This document shows positions 63,721 through 64,000 of a stretch of 64,000 nt of DNA, piece by piece. The notes below the pieces were generated by a model. That model searched no databases. It was not told where the DNA came from and saw only the letters and a program-made list of their open reading frames with translations. The stretch is from IMG/VR virus record IMGVR_UViG_3300023174_000118, positions 1-64,000 of that record; one strand, given 5' to 3'. This stretch comes from a virus. The first letter of the stretch is position 1; every line of letters starts with the position of its first letter. The position numbers and the translations under genes are program-made.

Positions 63721-64000
63721 TTAATAATAAAGATAAAGAATTCCTGCTCCACCTGCTCCGCCAACAGTATTTCCACCACCACCTCCGCCGCCGCCTGCGC
63801 CGCCATTACCTCCAGTATAACCTACTCCATTTAAACCATTGCCAGCTGTGCCACAACCGCCGCCGCCAGAGCCAGCTACGCCAAACAATGAGCCTACTCC
63901 GCCTAATGCGGTTACACCTTTTTGAATATTAAAACCATTTCCTCCAAAACCACCTGGTCGAGTGGCCGTGCCTGCACCTGCACCGCCGCCTACTAAACCA
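63721..64000 (-). CDS. third glycine-rich paralog, 5' part outside the window
   Basis: Manual translation of the 3' end gives Gly-rich sequence ending GAGILYLYY-stop. Confidence 0.8.
   Translation of the reverse strand, partial: GLVGGGAGAGTATRPGGFGGNGFNIQKGVTALGGVGSLFGVAGSGGGGCGTAGNGLNGVGYTGGNGGAGGGGGGGGNTVGGAGGAGILYLYY

Noticed and set aside
123-63932. All plus-strand ORFs in the six-frame track (e.g. 123-551, 840-1433, 47569-48282, 61946-62305)
   Set aside because: Antisense shadows of low-complexity or codon-biased minus-strand genes; no recognisable motifs
53171-64000. Diversity-generating retroelement acting on fibre genes
   Set aside because: No reverse transcriptase and no template/variable repeat pair differing at adenines seen in the window
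1-64000. Prophage, integrase or alternative genetic code
   Set aside because: No integrase, att site or host genes seen; ORFs are long and tightly packed under the standard code with all three stops used

Overview
A 64-kb segment of a large, AT-rich tailed dsDNA phage with siphovirus-type architecture (long tape measure protein, no sheath gene seen). Essentially all real genes are on the minus strand. In transcription order (right to left): glycine-rich, collagen-like and LamG fibre or decoration genes with a beta-propeller/TPR/FkbM trio; portal, prohead protease-scaffold, major capsid, neck, major tail, tail chaperones with a -1 frameshift, a 2163-aa tape measure protein and tail-tip proteins; a replication/recombination module (metallophosphoesterase, DnaB, primase, gp32-like SSB, DnaE, MazG, RecA, SSB, Cas4-like nuclease, RuvC); a glycosyltransferase/methyltransferase cluster; terminase; three tRNAs; Dps, CHAP endolysin, SNase nuclease, Hsp20, a Zn-ribbon protein and a large secreted surface protein. 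Gene content and many leaderless extended -10 promoters suggest an actinobacterial host, possibly a low-GC freshwater one (inference). The most unusual signals are non-coding: a ~90-nt structured RNA candidate with twin CGUYAC loops and an H-type pseudoknot; a helically phased GTNAC array over a promoter-plus-terminator at the entry to the replication module; a consensus promoter with a perfect palindromic spacer driving terminase; a ROSE-like leader on hsp20; and tRNAs that all end in NCAA. An uncharacterised globular segment bracketed by GG motifs inside the tape measure protein is also notable. All family assignments are from motif recognition by eye, not database searches.
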